Shown: positions 16,991 to 27,078 of the stretch, one piece after another
How the letters are laid out: every line of letters starts with the position of its first letter
Numbering within the stretch: the first letter of the stretch is position 1
From: Candidatus Bathyarchaeota archaeon
Lineage (GTDB): Archaea; Thermoproteota; Bathyarchaeia; TCS64
Length of the DNA: 40,238 bases
NCBI GenBank assembly: GCA_043826455.1
Contig: JBDRQD010000025.1
Span: 1 to 40,238 of the forward strand
Direction: 5' to 3'
Program-made: the position numbers and the translations under genes
Notes under the pieces: generated by a model
Databases searched by the model: none
What the model was told of the DNA's origin: nothing
What the model saw: the letters and a program-made list of their open reading frames with translations, nothing else

Positions 16991-17920
16991 TCACTCGCCT
17001 CCTATGACCTTCAGGTAGGCATCCTCCAGCGAGACCTCCAATGGCACCACGTACATGACGCTGCCCCCTGCGTCCACTATGCTGCGGACCAGCCCAGGCG
17101 TGTAGCCCTCATCGGCCAGAGTGACGAATAGAGCCCCGTCCCTAACGTCTAGGGCCTTCACACCCTCCGCGGCCTCCACGGCCTCAGACAGGGGGCCCGT
17201 CACCTCCCGGAGCCCCACCCGGACCACGTGGGCGCCTGTGGCTCTCTGCCGGAGCTCCCTGGGGGACGCCACGCTCACCGCCCCGCCGCGGTTGATGATC
17301 ATAACCCTGTCACAGAGCCTCTCAGCGTCCTCCAGCCTGTGAGTAGAGAGGAGTATGGTCTGGCCCTCCCTCTGGCTCAGCCTCTCCATGAGGTCCCTGA
17401 TGTCCTTGGCCGACTTAGGGTCCAGGCCGCTGGTGGGCTCATCCAGGTATAGGGTTCTGGGCTCGTGAACCAGGGCCCTGGCTAAGGCCAGCTTCTGCTT
17501 CATGCCCTTGCTGAAGGTGCCGGCCCTGTCGCCGCGTCTATCCCAGAGGTCGAAGAACTCCAGCAGCTCCCTGATCCTAGCGTCACGTGTCTGGGGCTCA
17601 CCCACGCCGTAGGCCTTGGCGAAGAACTCCAGGTTCTCCCGGGCGGATAGACGCTCGTAGAGGCTAGGGTTCTCCGTGAGTATCCCTATGATCTCCCGCA
17701 CCCTCAGGGCGTCGTCCCTGACGCTGAACCCGCCCACGTAGGCGTCCCCCTCCGTGGGCTGGATGAGGGATGCCAGCATCCTTATGGTGGTGGTCTTACC
17801 TGCGCCGTTTGGCCCTAGGAGCCCGAATATCTCGCCCTGCTCCACGGTGAAGCTTAGGCTGTCCACGGCCGTGAATCCGTTGAACCTCTTGGTCAGGCCC
17901 TCAGCTACAATGCTCTCCAC
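16991..17920 (-). CDS. ABC transporter ATP-binding protein
   Basis: GPNGAGKTT, FSKGMKQK, LDEPTSGLDP and STH; start set at GTG 17920. Confidence 0.93.
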   Translation of the reverse strand: MESIVAEGLTKRFNGFTAVDSLSFTVEQGEIFGLLGPNGAGKTTTIRMLASLIQPTEGDAYVGGFSVRDDALRVREIIGILTENPSLYERLSARENLEFFAKAYGVGEPQTRDARIRELLEFFDLWDRRGDRAGTFSKGMKQKLALARALVHEPRTLYLDEPTSGLDPKSAKDIRDLMERLSQREGQTILLSTHRLEDAERLCDRVMIINRGGAVSVASPRELRQRATGAHVVRVGLREVTGPLSEAVEAAEGVKALDVRDGALFVTLADEGYTPGLVRSIVDAGGSVMYVVPLEVSLEDAYLKVIGGE

Positions 17921-18049
17921 ATCTGCTCCGCTCCGACGTTTTTTATTAGGGTTGAAGCGATGGCTTGGATTAATCAACTTTTTGGAGTCTGCTAAAATTT
18001 TAGGACGGCTCAGAAATAGATAAGAAAAATTGGGGGGTGGCCGAGGATT

Positions 18050-18526
18050 CTACTCCTTGACCACTATCGTGCCGCTCAGGTAGTTGAAGAGCCTCTGCTG
18101 CCTGTCACCGTACATGAGCCAGCCGATGATGACGTCTAGGGGCAGCAGGAACGCCTTCCCGATGGCCTGGTACAGGCTCTTGCTCATGTCGATGGCTTCG
18201 CCGCGTAGGTCCACCACCTTGATGCGCATCACCTTCTTGCCAAGGCTCTGCCCCTGAGTCCCCTCCAGGAACGCCCAGTAGAGGAACAGCAGCACGTTGC
18301 TGACGCCCAGGTCGATGAAGGGCATGCTGTGGGGCATCCAGTACACCGGCCTTATGATCCCGGCCACCATCCCCACCAGGATGGCGTCGATGATGAAGGC
18401 CAGGAACCTCTCACCCCACGTCGCCAGCACAAGCTCGCTCACGTTCTGCTTGGCGCCGCAGCCCGGGCAGAACTCGGCGTCGTCGCCTATCTCTTTTCCG
18501 CAACTTTTACAGTACACCATGCTCAT
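18050..18526 (-). CDS. Zinc-ribbon + RDD family protein
   Basis: CKSCG..CPGCG, RFLAFIID, GQSLGK and QRL. Confidence 0.88.
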   Translation of the reverse strand: MSMVYCKSCGKEIGDDAEFCPGCGAKQNVSELVLATWGERFLAFIIDAILVGMVAGIIRPVYWMPHSMPFIDLGVSNVLLFLYWAFLEGTQGQSLGKKVMRIKVVDLRGEAIDMSKSLYQAIGKAFLLPLDVIIGWLMYGDRQQRLFNYLSGTIVVKE

Positions 18527-18531
18527 TCACC

Positions 18532-19353
18532 TTAGTCCCTTCTGACTGCGCCGACGTATACGATGACGCCCCCTATGGCGAGGCATATGATGCCTCCCAC
18601 GAGGATGCCTTGGCCTATGAAGCTCAGGAAGGGCATCCTGACGCCAACGCCGGACTCTACGTCCACGCCGGGCGTCAGGTCCGCGTTCATCATGACCACC
18701 CAGTAGTCGCCTCCCTCGGGCTCCCACTCAAGAGAGACGTCCTCCCCCGTCGCGTATGCGTCCCAAGTGCTCATGTCCTGGGGCGCCACAGTTATCTCGT
18801 CGCCGTTGTGCAGCTGGTAGGTTATGTAGGGGTGCCCGTCGAAGGGGCTTTCCATCTTGAAGTCTGTAACGGTCTCGTACTCGGCTGCTCCCAGGTAGCT
18901 GAGGGCGTGGGCCTCGTCCAGTATCCCTATGAACACCTCTTTACCGTTGTTGCTCTCAAGGTTGAACTTCAACTTCAGGAAGTCGCCGACCCTTGGGGAC
19001 CAGTACCTCACCGCGGGGCTCTCGATCCTGTCGATGACGATGTCCTCCACGTGCATATCCTTGAACACCAGGGCTTGGGTGCCAGTCTCGAAGTCGAAGC
19101 CCCAAACCCCTATGTAGCCGGACCCGTCGTCCATGGCTGACGTCACGCCCATGAGGGCCGTGCCCGCGAAGGCCAGGGGCAGACCAACGAGGATCATGAA
19201 GCCTCCTAAGATGACGGCTATGACCCTCCCGGCGTCCCATCCCTTTGAACCCTGCTTCCTATAGGTCAGGTTACCCTTGACCAGGCTCGCTCCGCAGCCG
19301 GGGCAGAACTCCGCCCCCTCCTCAAGCTCTTTTCCGCATTTCTTGCAGTACAC
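18532..19353 (-). CDS. Zinc-ribbon membrane protein with extracellular beta domain
   Basis: CKKCG..CPGCG, with two TM segments flanking a soluble domain (GDYWVVMMNAD). Confidence 0.8.
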   Translation of the reverse strand: MYCKKCGKELEEGAEFCPGCGASLVKGNLTYRKQGSKGWDAGRVIAVILGGFMILVGLPLAFAGTALMGVTSAMDDGSGYIGVWGFDFETGTQALVFKDMHVEDIVIDRIESPAVRYWSPRVGDFLKLKFNLESNNGKEVFIGILDEAHALSYLGAAEYETVTDFKMESPFDGHPYITYQLHNGDEITVAPQDMSTWDAYATGEDVSLEWEPEGGDYWVVMMNADLTPGVDVESGVGVRMPFLSFIGQGILVGGIICLAIGGVIVYVGAVRRD

Positions 19354-19463
19354 TTTGATTCACAGGGGGACAGCCCGCAAATGAGCTTTTAAAGGGATTT
19401 CAGATTTACTTCAGAATTAGACCACAAACCGTTACAAATTTCTACATAAACCCTTGGGGGATT

Positions 19464-20657
19464 TCAGCGTCTCTCGGTGAGCTCCGGCTCACTCAGCGCC
19501 ACCGGCTCCCCGCCCAAGGTGTACACCTTCGGGGTGAGGGGGCTCATCCACACGGCCAGCTGGTAGGGCTCTACGCCGGCCAGGTCGCAGAGGGCGTGAG
19601 CGCTGTTGGGGCCCACCCTGCTTATGGCTTCAACCACGTCCCCCACCTCAGCTTCGACGCCCGTAAGGTCCACCAGGTAATGGTTTATGCTGACGCCCCC
19701 GATTATGGGGCATATCTTGCCGCCTACCTTCACGAGGCCCTTCCTGGAGAGTTGGCGGAGGTACCCGTCACTGTAACCCATGTGCATGGTGCCCACCCTC
19801 ATCCTCCTGGGAGCCACGTAGCTGCCCCCGTAGGTGAGAGGCGTCCCCGCCTCAACGGTCTTCACGTGCTCCAGCCGCCCCTTCAGAGCGAGAGCTTGGT
19901 GCAGCACCACGCCTGTGTCCTTGGCCTCCGGGACGGGGTAGAAGCCGAAGAGCATGACGCCGGGCCTGACAGCGTTGAAGTGGCTGCCGGGTCTGAAGAA
20001 GACGCCGTGGCTGCTGGCCAGGCTCCAGGTTCCCACGTGGACGCCTCTCCTCTCCAGCTCCTCCCTCAGCTCCCTGAACCGGGTTATCTGCTGTGCGTCC
20101 TCGTCGTCCTCCAGCAGCGTGGAGAAGACGCCCTCGACCCTGACGCCCTTCAGCTTGGAAACGTGCTCTATGAGGTCCGCGGCCTCCGTGTAGACGACGC
20201 CGGCCCTTCCTAGCCCTGTGTCCACCTTCACCCATACGGAGGCGTTCCTATCCTGTTGGACGGCTGCGGCGCTCAGCATCCGGGCCGAGTCCCTGTGGTA
20301 GACCACCTGGGTGATTCCCAGCTCCACTGCCTCGCTTAACTGGTCCTCGGTGAAGAGGGGGTCCATGTTTACCACGCCGCAGTCCAGGCCGGACCTCCTG
20401 ATGTACCTGGCCTCCCAGAGCTTGGCCACCAGGAACCTTTCCACGCCCCGGGTCATGAGGTAGGCCACCACGGCGGGGAGGCCGTGGGCGTAGGCGTTCT
20501 TCTTGACGCAGGGGACGACCTCGGCGCCTGTGAGCCGTCTGACGGTGTCCAGGTTCCTGCCAATGGCGTCCAGGTCCACCTCCATCCACACCTGGTACCC
20601 CGATACGCGTCTCCGTATCTCCTCGCCTGTCGGCTGCCTCTCGAAGTAGGAAGACAT
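19464..20657 (-). CDS. alr: Alanine racemase family (fold type III PLP)
   Basis: VKKNAYAHG (PLP Lys), KVDTGLGRAG, VRPG, LTYGG (catalytic Tyr) and GYSDG. Confidence 0.88.
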   Translation of the reverse strand: MSSYFERQPTGEEIRRRVSGYQVWMEVDLDAIGRNLDTVRRLTGAEVVPCVKKNAYAHGLPAVVAYLMTRGVERFLVAKLWEARYIRRSGLDCGVVNMDPLFTEDQLSEAVELGITQVVYHRDSARMLSAAAVQQDRNASVWVKVDTGLGRAGVVYTEAADLIEHVSKLKGVRVEGVFSTLLEDDEDAQQITRFRELREELERRGVHVGTWSLASSHGVFFRPGSHFNAVRPGVMLFGFYPVPEAKDTGVVLHQALALKGRLEHVKTVEAGTPLTYGGSYVAPRRMRVGTMHMGYSDGYLRQLSRKGLVKVGGKICPIIGGVSINHYLVDLTGVEAEVGDVVEAISRVGPNSAHALCDLAGVEPYQLAVWMSPLTPKVYTLGGEPVALSEPELTERR

Positions 20658-20785
20658 TTTGAGCCCCAACTATTCGGGTGGTGCTCAGGGTAAAAGGTTT
20701 GACTTGGCTTGCATGACGGCGCAGCTCTGCCTGAGCACGGGTTTTCCTAGCATGCTTTTTACCCTGTAATGGTTTGGATGAATGT

Positions 20786-21532
20786 ATGAGCTTCACAGTC
20801 ACCCCGCTGAGGGGTATCCCCATGGTGGCCGAGGGGGACGACCTGGCCGCCCTCATCCATGACGCGGCACGGAGGCAGGGCCTCACACTAGCGGATAAGG
20901 ACGTGGTGGTGGTCACCCAGAAGATCGTCTCAAAGGCCGAGGGCAGGGTGGTCCGGCTGGAGGACGTGCAGCCCAGCTTGTTCGCCCACCATATAGCCGC
21001 GTCCATGGAGAAGGACCCCAGGGTGGCCGAGGTAGTCCTCAGGGAGACCAGCCGAATAATCCGGATGAAGGGACGGGCCCTCATCGTGGAGACCCGCCAC
21101 GGCCACGTCTGCGCCAACGCCGGCGTGGACCTGAGCAATGTGGAGGACGGTTACGTCACCCTGCTCCCCTCGGACCCCGACGCCTCCGCCGCCAGGATCA
21201 GGGCCGGGCTGGAGAGGCTCACAGGCAGGAGGCACGCGGTTATAATAACCGACACGTGGGGCCGCGCCTGGAGGATGGGGCAGGTGGACTTCGCCATAGG
21301 CGTCTCCGGCATGAGCCCCTTCAGGGACTACAGGGGGGAGACGGACATGACGGGCCACACCCTGGTGGTCACCAACATCGCGGTGGCAGACGAGCTGGCA
21401 GCAGCCGCGGAGCTGGTTAAGGGCAAGTCTGAGGGAGTCCCCGTGGTCATCATAAGGGGCTACGAGTACCCTGAGGGGGAGGGCAGAGGCTCCGACATGG
21501 TGCGGCCCCTTGAGGAGGACCTGTTCAGGTAG
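20786..21532 (+). CDS. cofE: Coenzyme F420-0:L-glutamate ligase
   Basis: VTQKIVSKAEGR, ANAGVDLSN, DTWGRAWRMG, ADELAAAA and DLFR. Confidence 0.95.
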   Translation: MSFTVTPLRGIPMVAEGDDLAALIHDAARRQGLTLADKDVVVVTQKIVSKAEGRVVRLEDVQPSLFAHHIAASMEKDPRVAEVVLRETSRIIRMKGRALIVETRHGHVCANAGVDLSNVEDGYVTLLPSDPDASAARIRAGLERLTGRRHAVIITDTWGRAWRMGQVDFAIGVSGMSPFRDYRGETDMTGHTLVVTNIAVADELAAAAELVKGKSEGVPVVIIRGYEYPEGEGRGSDMVRPLEEDLFR

Positions 21533-21565
21533 CCCCTTTTTAGCCGCCGACGCGGAATACACCAT

Positions 21566-22054
21566 GTGAAGACTCAGCCGAGCCCCTTGGCGAGGGGGCT
21601 GCTACTCCTGGGGCTGCTGCTCATCTACGCGTCCCTCGTTGCCTACAGGCCCTTGACTTGGCGCGGCTCCTTCTCCTTCGACGTCTACGACCTGGTTCAC
21701 TGGGTCGGCGTTGCCGGCGCCCTCCTGTTCCCGGCGTCAGGTGTCCTCAGCAACGAAGACGTTAAGGCTCGGCTCGGCGGAGTCTGGGCCCGGGCTCACT
21801 GCCCCGTCAGCGTTCTGGCGTTCGTATTGGCAGCGGTGCATTCCAGGACCAAGGCCGGTGTAATACTGCCGGTCCACTACTCCAGCCTCTACATACTGGC
21901 CCTGATGGGGTTCCTGGTGCTCAGCGGCGCGGGGCTCCGGTTCATCAAGGACCCGAGGTACTACAGGTGGTGGAAGCTGGTCCACAGCCCCACCACCAAG
22001 GCGCTGGGCCTAGCCCTCATCCACCACATCCTCGTGAAGACGGCGGTGATATAG
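21566..22054 (+). CDS. Membrane protein with His pairs, putative heme-b partner (MsrQ/ferric-reductase-like)
   Basis: About five TM helices with His in WARAH, AVH, WKLVH and IHH; abuts the Mo enzyme gene. Confidence 0.6.
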   Translation: MKTQPSPLARGLLLLGLLLIYASLVAYRPLTWRGSFSFDVYDLVHWVGVAGALLFPASGVLSNEDVKARLGGVWARAHCPVSVLAFVLAAVHSRTKAGVILPVHYSSLYILALMGFLVLSGAGLRFIKDPRYYRWWKLVHSPTTKALGLALIHHILVKTAVI

Positions 22055-22735
22055 TTGAGAACAACCCTGATGCTAGCCCTGATCCTCCTGGTTTTAGGCG
22101 CCCACCAAGTGGAGCCCGCCGCGGCCCAGGAGTTTGAGCCGGTTCTCCGCATATACGGGCTAGTAGAGAGGCCCCTCAACATCACTTACAGCGAGTTCCT
22201 TGGGCTACCCATGGTCTCCGTGGAGGCGTCCTGCATCTGCGTGGGGGCTCCCCCCGAGAACCCCGGGGTAAACAGCTTCGTGGTCTACACATACAACTGG
22301 ACTGGGGTGAGGCTCAGCCACCTCCTGGGGCTGGCCGGGGTGAGGGATGGGGCTGTGGACGTGGTGTTCCAGGACGACACCCAGTACAGCAGCAGCCTGC
22401 CCCTCACGGAGGCGGGGAACCCGGACTTCATCATAGCTGTTTACGCTGACGGGGAGACCCTCAACAGGGACCAGGGGTACCCGTTCAGGCTGGTGGCGCC
22501 GTGCTGGTGGGGGTACAAGTGGGTGAAGTACGTGGAGCGGGTGGAGGTGGTGGACTACGATCACCTGGGCTTCTGGGAGAGCCACGGCTACCCTGACGAC
22601 GCCAGGATACCTGACTGCACCTACACGACCTCCAGCCCGGAGGTGTTCACCTCAACCTCAATGAGCTTGCAGGTCTTGGGAGTCCTATGCATTTCGGTCG
22701 CCCTGGTCCTGACCTACGCGGAGGGGAGAAGGTGA
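22055..22735 (+). CDS. Sulfite-oxidase-family molybdopterin oxidoreductase (MsrP/YuiH-like)
   Basis: CICVG (Mo Cys), WTGVRL, GYPFRLVAP..WGYKWVKY and GFWE. Confidence 0.88.
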   Translation: MRTTLMLALILLVLGAHQVEPAAAQEFEPVLRIYGLVERPLNITYSEFLGLPMVSVEASCICVGAPPENPGVNSFVVYTYNWTGVRLSHLLGLAGVRDGAVDVVFQDDTQYSSSLPLTEAGNPDFIIAVYADGETLNRDQGYPFRLVAPCWWGYKWVKYVERVEVVDYDHLGFWESHGYPDDARIPDCTYTTSSPEVFTSTSMSLQVLGVLCISVALVLTYAEGRR

Positions 22736-22792
22736 CCCGACGCCCACTGAACAGCGTTATAACTGGATTTGCCTCACATTGTCTGGGTGCCT

Positions 22793-23362
22793 ATGGCTGA
22801 GCACGTGAGCCTAGAGTTCAGGGAAAGGGCCGGGTGGAGAAAGTGGCTGGAGCAGCACCACGCCGCGGAGAAGGAGGCCTGGGTCACCATACAGAAGGCC
22901 GGCTCACCCGCACCCGGGGTGACCTACGAAGAGGCCGTGGAGGAGGCCATGTGCTACGGCTGGATTGACAGCAGAATGAGGAGCATAGACGAGCACAGCT
23001 TCACCCAGAGGTTCTCCCCCCGACGAAAGAACAGCCCCTGGGCCCTCACCAACAGGGAGAGGGCTGAGAGACTCATCTCAGAGGGCAGGATGACCCCAGC
23101 CGGGCTCCTGGCTGTAGAGGAGGCCAAACGGAGCGGCAGATGGGACTCCGCCTACACCTCCAGGGAGGCCCCTGAGACCCCGGGGGACCTGGAGGAGGCC
23201 CTCAGGAAGGATGAGGCCGCGTGGGCCAACTTCACCGGGTTCCCCAACTCGGTGAAGCTCATGTACGTGTTCTGGGTGGAGGACGCTAAACGGGCTGAGA
23301 CCAGGGTGAGGAGAATCAAGGAAGTGGTGGACAGGGCTTCTAAAAACATCAGGCCGGGCTGA
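22793..23362 (+). CDS. YdeI/OmpD-associated family protein
   Basis: EAMCYGWIDS, FSPRR..SPW, GRMTPAG and AKRAETRVRRI. Confidence 0.9.
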   Translation: MAEHVSLEFRERAGWRKWLEQHHAAEKEAWVTIQKAGSPAPGVTYEEAVEEAMCYGWIDSRMRSIDEHSFTQRFSPRRKNSPWALTNRERAERLISEGRMTPAGLLAVEEAKRSGRWDSAYTSREAPETPGDLEEALRKDEAAWANFTGFPNSVKLMYVFWVEDAKRAETRVRRIKEVVDRASKNIRPG

Positions 23363-23367
23363 GAACG

Positions 23368-23444
23368 TGGTGGGCCGGGCCGGATTTGAACCGGCGATTA
23401 CCGCGGTGTGAACGCGGCGTCCTGCCAGGCTAGACCACCGGCCC
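23368..23444 (-). tRNA. tRNA-Val (anticodon CAC), intronless, CCA encoded
   Basis: Cloverleaf: acceptor GGGCCGG/CCGGCCC, anticodon arm CCGCG-TTCACAC-CGCGG, T arm GCCGG-TTCAAAT-CCGGC, then ACCA. Confidence 0.97.
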
Positions 23445-23655
23445 AACCAGCAAAGATACTCATTGGCTTCACATAAATTCTTTCCCCTCCGGGGGTGCCA
23501 GGTCTCCCTTAAGGGACGCGACACACCAACCAAGAACCTTCAGGGGGAAATTAACATATAGTCAGGTTGCATGCCTGACAATGTGCGGTTTCTGGACATT
23601 TGAAAAAAATTTATACACGTACCTGAACAATGTATCAGAGTCAAGGTGATCCGGC

Positions 23656-24102
23656 TTGTTAGACGACGTAGATAAACAGATACTCAACGAGTACGTAGAG
23701 GACAGCCGCCAGTCCTACCGCGAGATAGCCCGTAAACTGGGCCTATCCCCCGGCACAGTGGCCTCCAGGGTGGCGAAGCTTGAGGAGCGGGGCATCATAA
23801 AGAAGTACACTATCCAGGTGGACCACGAGAAGCTGGGCTACGACCTCACCGTCCTGGTCAGCATCAGCGTGGGGGACGCCCCCGGGTTCTACGACGGCAA
23901 GGACCACGAGCTGGTGGAGCTTGAGGAGCCCTACGCCGTGTACAACACCACGGGGGACAACGACATAGTGGTGATAGCCAAGTTCAGGACCAGGGAGGAG
24001 CTGAGTAACTTCACCAAGAAGCTCCTCCACAAGGACTACATCAGAGGCACAAAGACGCAACTGGTCTTGATGACCCTGAAGGAGGACTTTAACCGGCTGT
24101 AG
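23656..24102 (+). CDS. Lrp/AsnC family transcriptional regulator
   Basis: LDDVDKQIL..DSRQSYREIARKLGLSPGTV and TGDND; upstream AAAAAAATTTATA BRE/TATA. Confidence 0.95.
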   Translation: MLDDVDKQILNEYVEDSRQSYREIARKLGLSPGTVASRVAKLEERGIIKKYTIQVDHEKLGYDLTVLVSISVGDAPGFYDGKDHELVELEEPYAVYNTTGDNDIVVIAKFRTREELSNFTKKLLHKDYIRGTKTQLVLMTLKEDFNRL

Positions 24103-24104
24103 GG

Positions 24105-25034
24105 TTAGACGGGGGTTAGCCAGTCCTTGTACTTGGCCACCTTGCCCGCCAAGATGTCGCTGTAGTAGGCCGCTATCTTTCTTGTGGTGGGCCCCGGGTA
24201 CTCTTCCCCGAGCTTGATGTCGTCCACGCCGGTTATGGGGGTGCACTCGCCGCCTGTGCCGCATAGGAAGGCCTCGTCGCTGGCGTAGAGCTCGACCCTA
24301 GTGATGTCCCTCACTTCCACGGGGACACCTAGGTCGGGGATGAACTCTATGAAGCAGTTCCGGGTCACCGACTCCAGGATGCTGGCCGAGACGGGCGGCG
24401 TTATGACCTTGCCGTCCCTGACCGTCATTAGGCACGCGCCTGTGCCCTCGGAGACGAAGCCTCTGCTTTCCAAGAATATGGCGCTGTCATAGCCGCAACG
24501 CTTGGCCTCCATGATGGCAAGTCTGCTGTTGGCGTAGTTGGCCCAGCTCTTGGCCTGGGGCGGCAGGGCGTCGCTGCTGATCCTTCTCCAGCTGCTCACC
24601 ATGAATCGGCGCTCCTCTCCAAACCTGGGGTTATTCTTTCCCAGCAGCGTCTCGAAGCCCCATGTGGGTACGACCACGTGGCTCTCCTCGGGGTTGTCCA
24701 CTTTGGGCCAGACCCTGGGCTGGATGTACACGTTCTTCTTGAAGCCGTTGGCCTTGATGGTTTCCCTCACGGCCATGAGGAGTTCGTCCTTCGTGTAGCC
24801 GATGCTGAGGCTGTCCACCGCGGCGCTCCTCCACAGTCTGTCGATGTGCTGCTTCCAACCGAAGACGTTGAGCTTGCCCTCAGCCAGGACGTCCTTCTCC
24901 ACGTAGGCCTTGATGCCCTCGAAGATGCCCATATGGATGCTCTCCATGGCTGAGACCAGGGCGTCCTTGGTCTCGATGAGCTCGCCGTTCATCCAGCAGT
25001 ACTTTGATCCTCTGAAACCTGCTCCAGTGGACAT
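24105..25034 (-). CDS. Class IV aminotransferase (branched-chain / D-amino-acid family)
   Basis: IFEGIKAY, AKSWANY, SEGTGA, ILESVTR and EAFLCGT. Confidence 0.9.
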   Translation of the reverse strand: MSTGAGFRGSKYCWMNGELIETKDALVSAMESIHMGIFEGIKAYVEKDVLAEGKLNVFGWKQHIDRLWRSAAVDSLSIGYTKDELLMAVRETIKANGFKKNVYIQPRVWPKVDNPEESHVVVPTWGFETLLGKNNPRFGEERRFMVSSWRRISSDALPPQAKSWANYANSRLAIMEAKRCGYDSAIFLESRGFVSEGTGACLMTVRDGKVITPPVSASILESVTRNCFIEFIPDLGVPVEVRDITRVELYASDEAFLCGTGGECTPITGVDDIKLGEEYPGPTTRKIAAYYSDILAGKVAKYKDWLTPV

Positions 25035-25312
25035 AGAATCACGTGTGATCAGGGGTTGGTTGAGGCTATATGCGTTTATATTCGGTGAGGGCAAAATGAT
25101 GGCCCTTTCTTACTGCCTGCCCATGAGCATCATAGGGTAATTGGTCCCATCGATGGAAGGATGCATAATTGAGCTCCGGGAGGAGAGATCCGAGTATATG
25201 TTCCCTGTCTCTTGAAGGCTGTGCGTGCGCTGTTGAGAATGCATGTTACTCTCCCAATAACAAATCAGAGGACTACTTATAAAACCTTAACCGCTTATTC
25301 GGACCCAGAGCA

Positions 25313-26878
25313 ATGAGAACCATCCCCATATTATTTCTGATACTTGTTCTGATCCCCACAAGCATAGTCCAAGGAGAAACAAACCAAATACTGCTCTTCG
25401 GGGGAAACGGCGAAGAAGGGTCCCACTCAACAGGAGCGACACAGGACAGCAAAGGCGACGTATTCCTCTACGGTGTGACGGACTCCACAAACTTGCCTGT
25501 GAGCCCCAACGCATTCGACCAGTCCCATAATGGCGCCTTTGACCTATTCGTAGCGAAGTACAGCCACGATCTCTCAACCCTACTGGCTTGCACCTATTTT
25601 GGCGGTAATGGTGATGAGATAAGTGGAGCCCTCGTGATCGGCCCCGATGACCACGTCTATATCGCCGGGGTAACCGCCTCAAGCAATCTGCCGGTAACAG
25701 AGAACGCCTTTGACGGCAGCCTAGGAGGAGCCCCCGACATGTTCGTCGCCAGGCTAAGCAACGACTTGAGCCAGCTTGAGGCCCTCACCTACATTGGCGG
25801 CAGGAGCAGAGAAACCGCGGCGAGAGCCTTCCTCTCGATAGACGACCAAGGATACCTGTATCTCACAGGCTACACGGAGTCCAGCGACTTCCCGACCACG
25901 GAAAACGCATACGATACAAGCTACAATGGCCGCGGCGACAGCTTTCTCGTAAAACTTGACGCTGACCTTAACGTTGTCGCGTCTACCTATGTCGGTGGCT
26001 CGGCCAACGACTGGGCATACGTAGTGGCAAACAAGGATGGCTTGGTTTACATCACCGGTCATACGGAGTCCGCTGATCATCCGGTAACCGACGGGTGTTA
26101 TGATGATACATATAATTCGGGCGTGGACGTGTTTGTGACCTGTCTCAGCCACGACCTCTCAACCTTGGAGTCGTCCACCTACATTGGCGGTAGTCTCTTC
26201 GATAACACGAGTACCATGGCAATAGATGAAGAGGGCAGAGTCTGGATAGCCGGGCACACGGAGTCGAGAAACTACCCTACATCCTCTGAGGCATACTCCG
26301 ACACATACGGTGGAGGGGGACGGGACGTCTTCATCTCATGCCTCGACCCCCATCTTAGCACACTTATCTCATCAACCTATATAGGGGGGAATCAGAACGA
26401 CTACCAGCCATTCCTAGCATATGGAGATGGCAGCGTATGGGTCTCAGGGTCAACCCTATCAAACGACTTCCCAGTTACCAGCGACGCCGCTCAGACACGG
26501 TACTCGGGTAGCGTCGATTACTGGCTATCCGAGCTTACATCAGACTTAGCCACTCTCCGATACTCCACCTACCTTGGTGGTAGTGGCGAGGACTGGTTCG
26601 GCATAATCTGGTGGACCCAGGATGGGTTACTGGTAACCGGGAACACTGATTCAAAAGACTTCATGGGTATGGATGCACCTGTTGATGACTTTGATGTCTT
26701 CTTGTTCAGATTTGACAAAGGAGCAGAGTGGCAAATCATCGATGAAGAGACTCCAGTAATAGAAGAAGAGGAAAGCATCGAAAACGGTATCCCGGGTTTC
26801 CCATTCGCAGCGTTACTGCTCGGGGTAGCAATACTCACCTACTTGCGTCTCTCAACTAGATGCGTAAAACCCAATTAG
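25313..26878 (+). CDS. Secreted SBBP-repeat beta-propeller protein with PGF-CTERM-like anchor
   Basis: Repeats STYIGG..D / YITGxTxSxDFP, signal peptide, and IPGFP + TM + basic tail. Confidence 0.9.
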   Translation: MRTIPILFLILVLIPTSIVQGETNQILLFGGNGEEGSHSTGATQDSKGDVFLYGVTDSTNLPVSPNAFDQSHNGAFDLFVAKYSHDLSTLLACTYFGGNGDEISGALVIGPDDHVYIAGVTASSNLPVTENAFDGSLGGAPDMFVARLSNDLSQLEALTYIGGRSRETAARAFLSIDDQGYLYLTGYTESSDFPTTENAYDTSYNGRGDSFLVKLDADLNVVASTYVGGSANDWAYVVANKDGLVYITGHTESADHPVTDGCYDDTYNSGVDVFVTCLSHDLSTLESSTYIGGSLFDNTSTMAIDEEGRVWIAGHTESRNYPTSSEAYSDTYGGGGRDVFISCLDPHLSTLISSTYIGGNQNDYQPFLAYGDGSVWVSGSTLSNDFPVTSDAAQTRYSGSVDYWLSELTSDLATLRYSTYLGGSGEDWFGIIWWTQDGLLVTGNTDSKDFMGMDAPVDDFDVFLFRFDKGAEWQIIDEETPVIEEEESIENGIPGFPFAALLLGVAILTYLRLSTRCVKPN

Positions 26879-27078
26879 TTAGTTTAAGTACAATAATTCC
26901 TCTGATGCATAGGATACTAACTTTCCTGCATCGGACTTGAGGATTCCTTATAATAGTCTCCTTAGTCTGCTGTCAACGAATGAAGTGATGGGATAATGGC
27001 AACTGTCTTTAAAATTAAAACTCTGTGTGGATGCCGTCATCACGGCTCGTCGCAGAGAACATTGAGGTAGAAGTAGAG

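Noticed and set aside
23368..23444. tRNA-Val as the integration site of the island
   Set aside because: I found no duplicate of its 3' end, and both flanks are core-like genes.
25313..26700. Internal repeats of the SBBP gene as a DNA repeat system or DGR target
   Set aside because: They are degenerate protein-level propeller repeats, with no reverse transcriptase or adenine-specific TR/VR pair.
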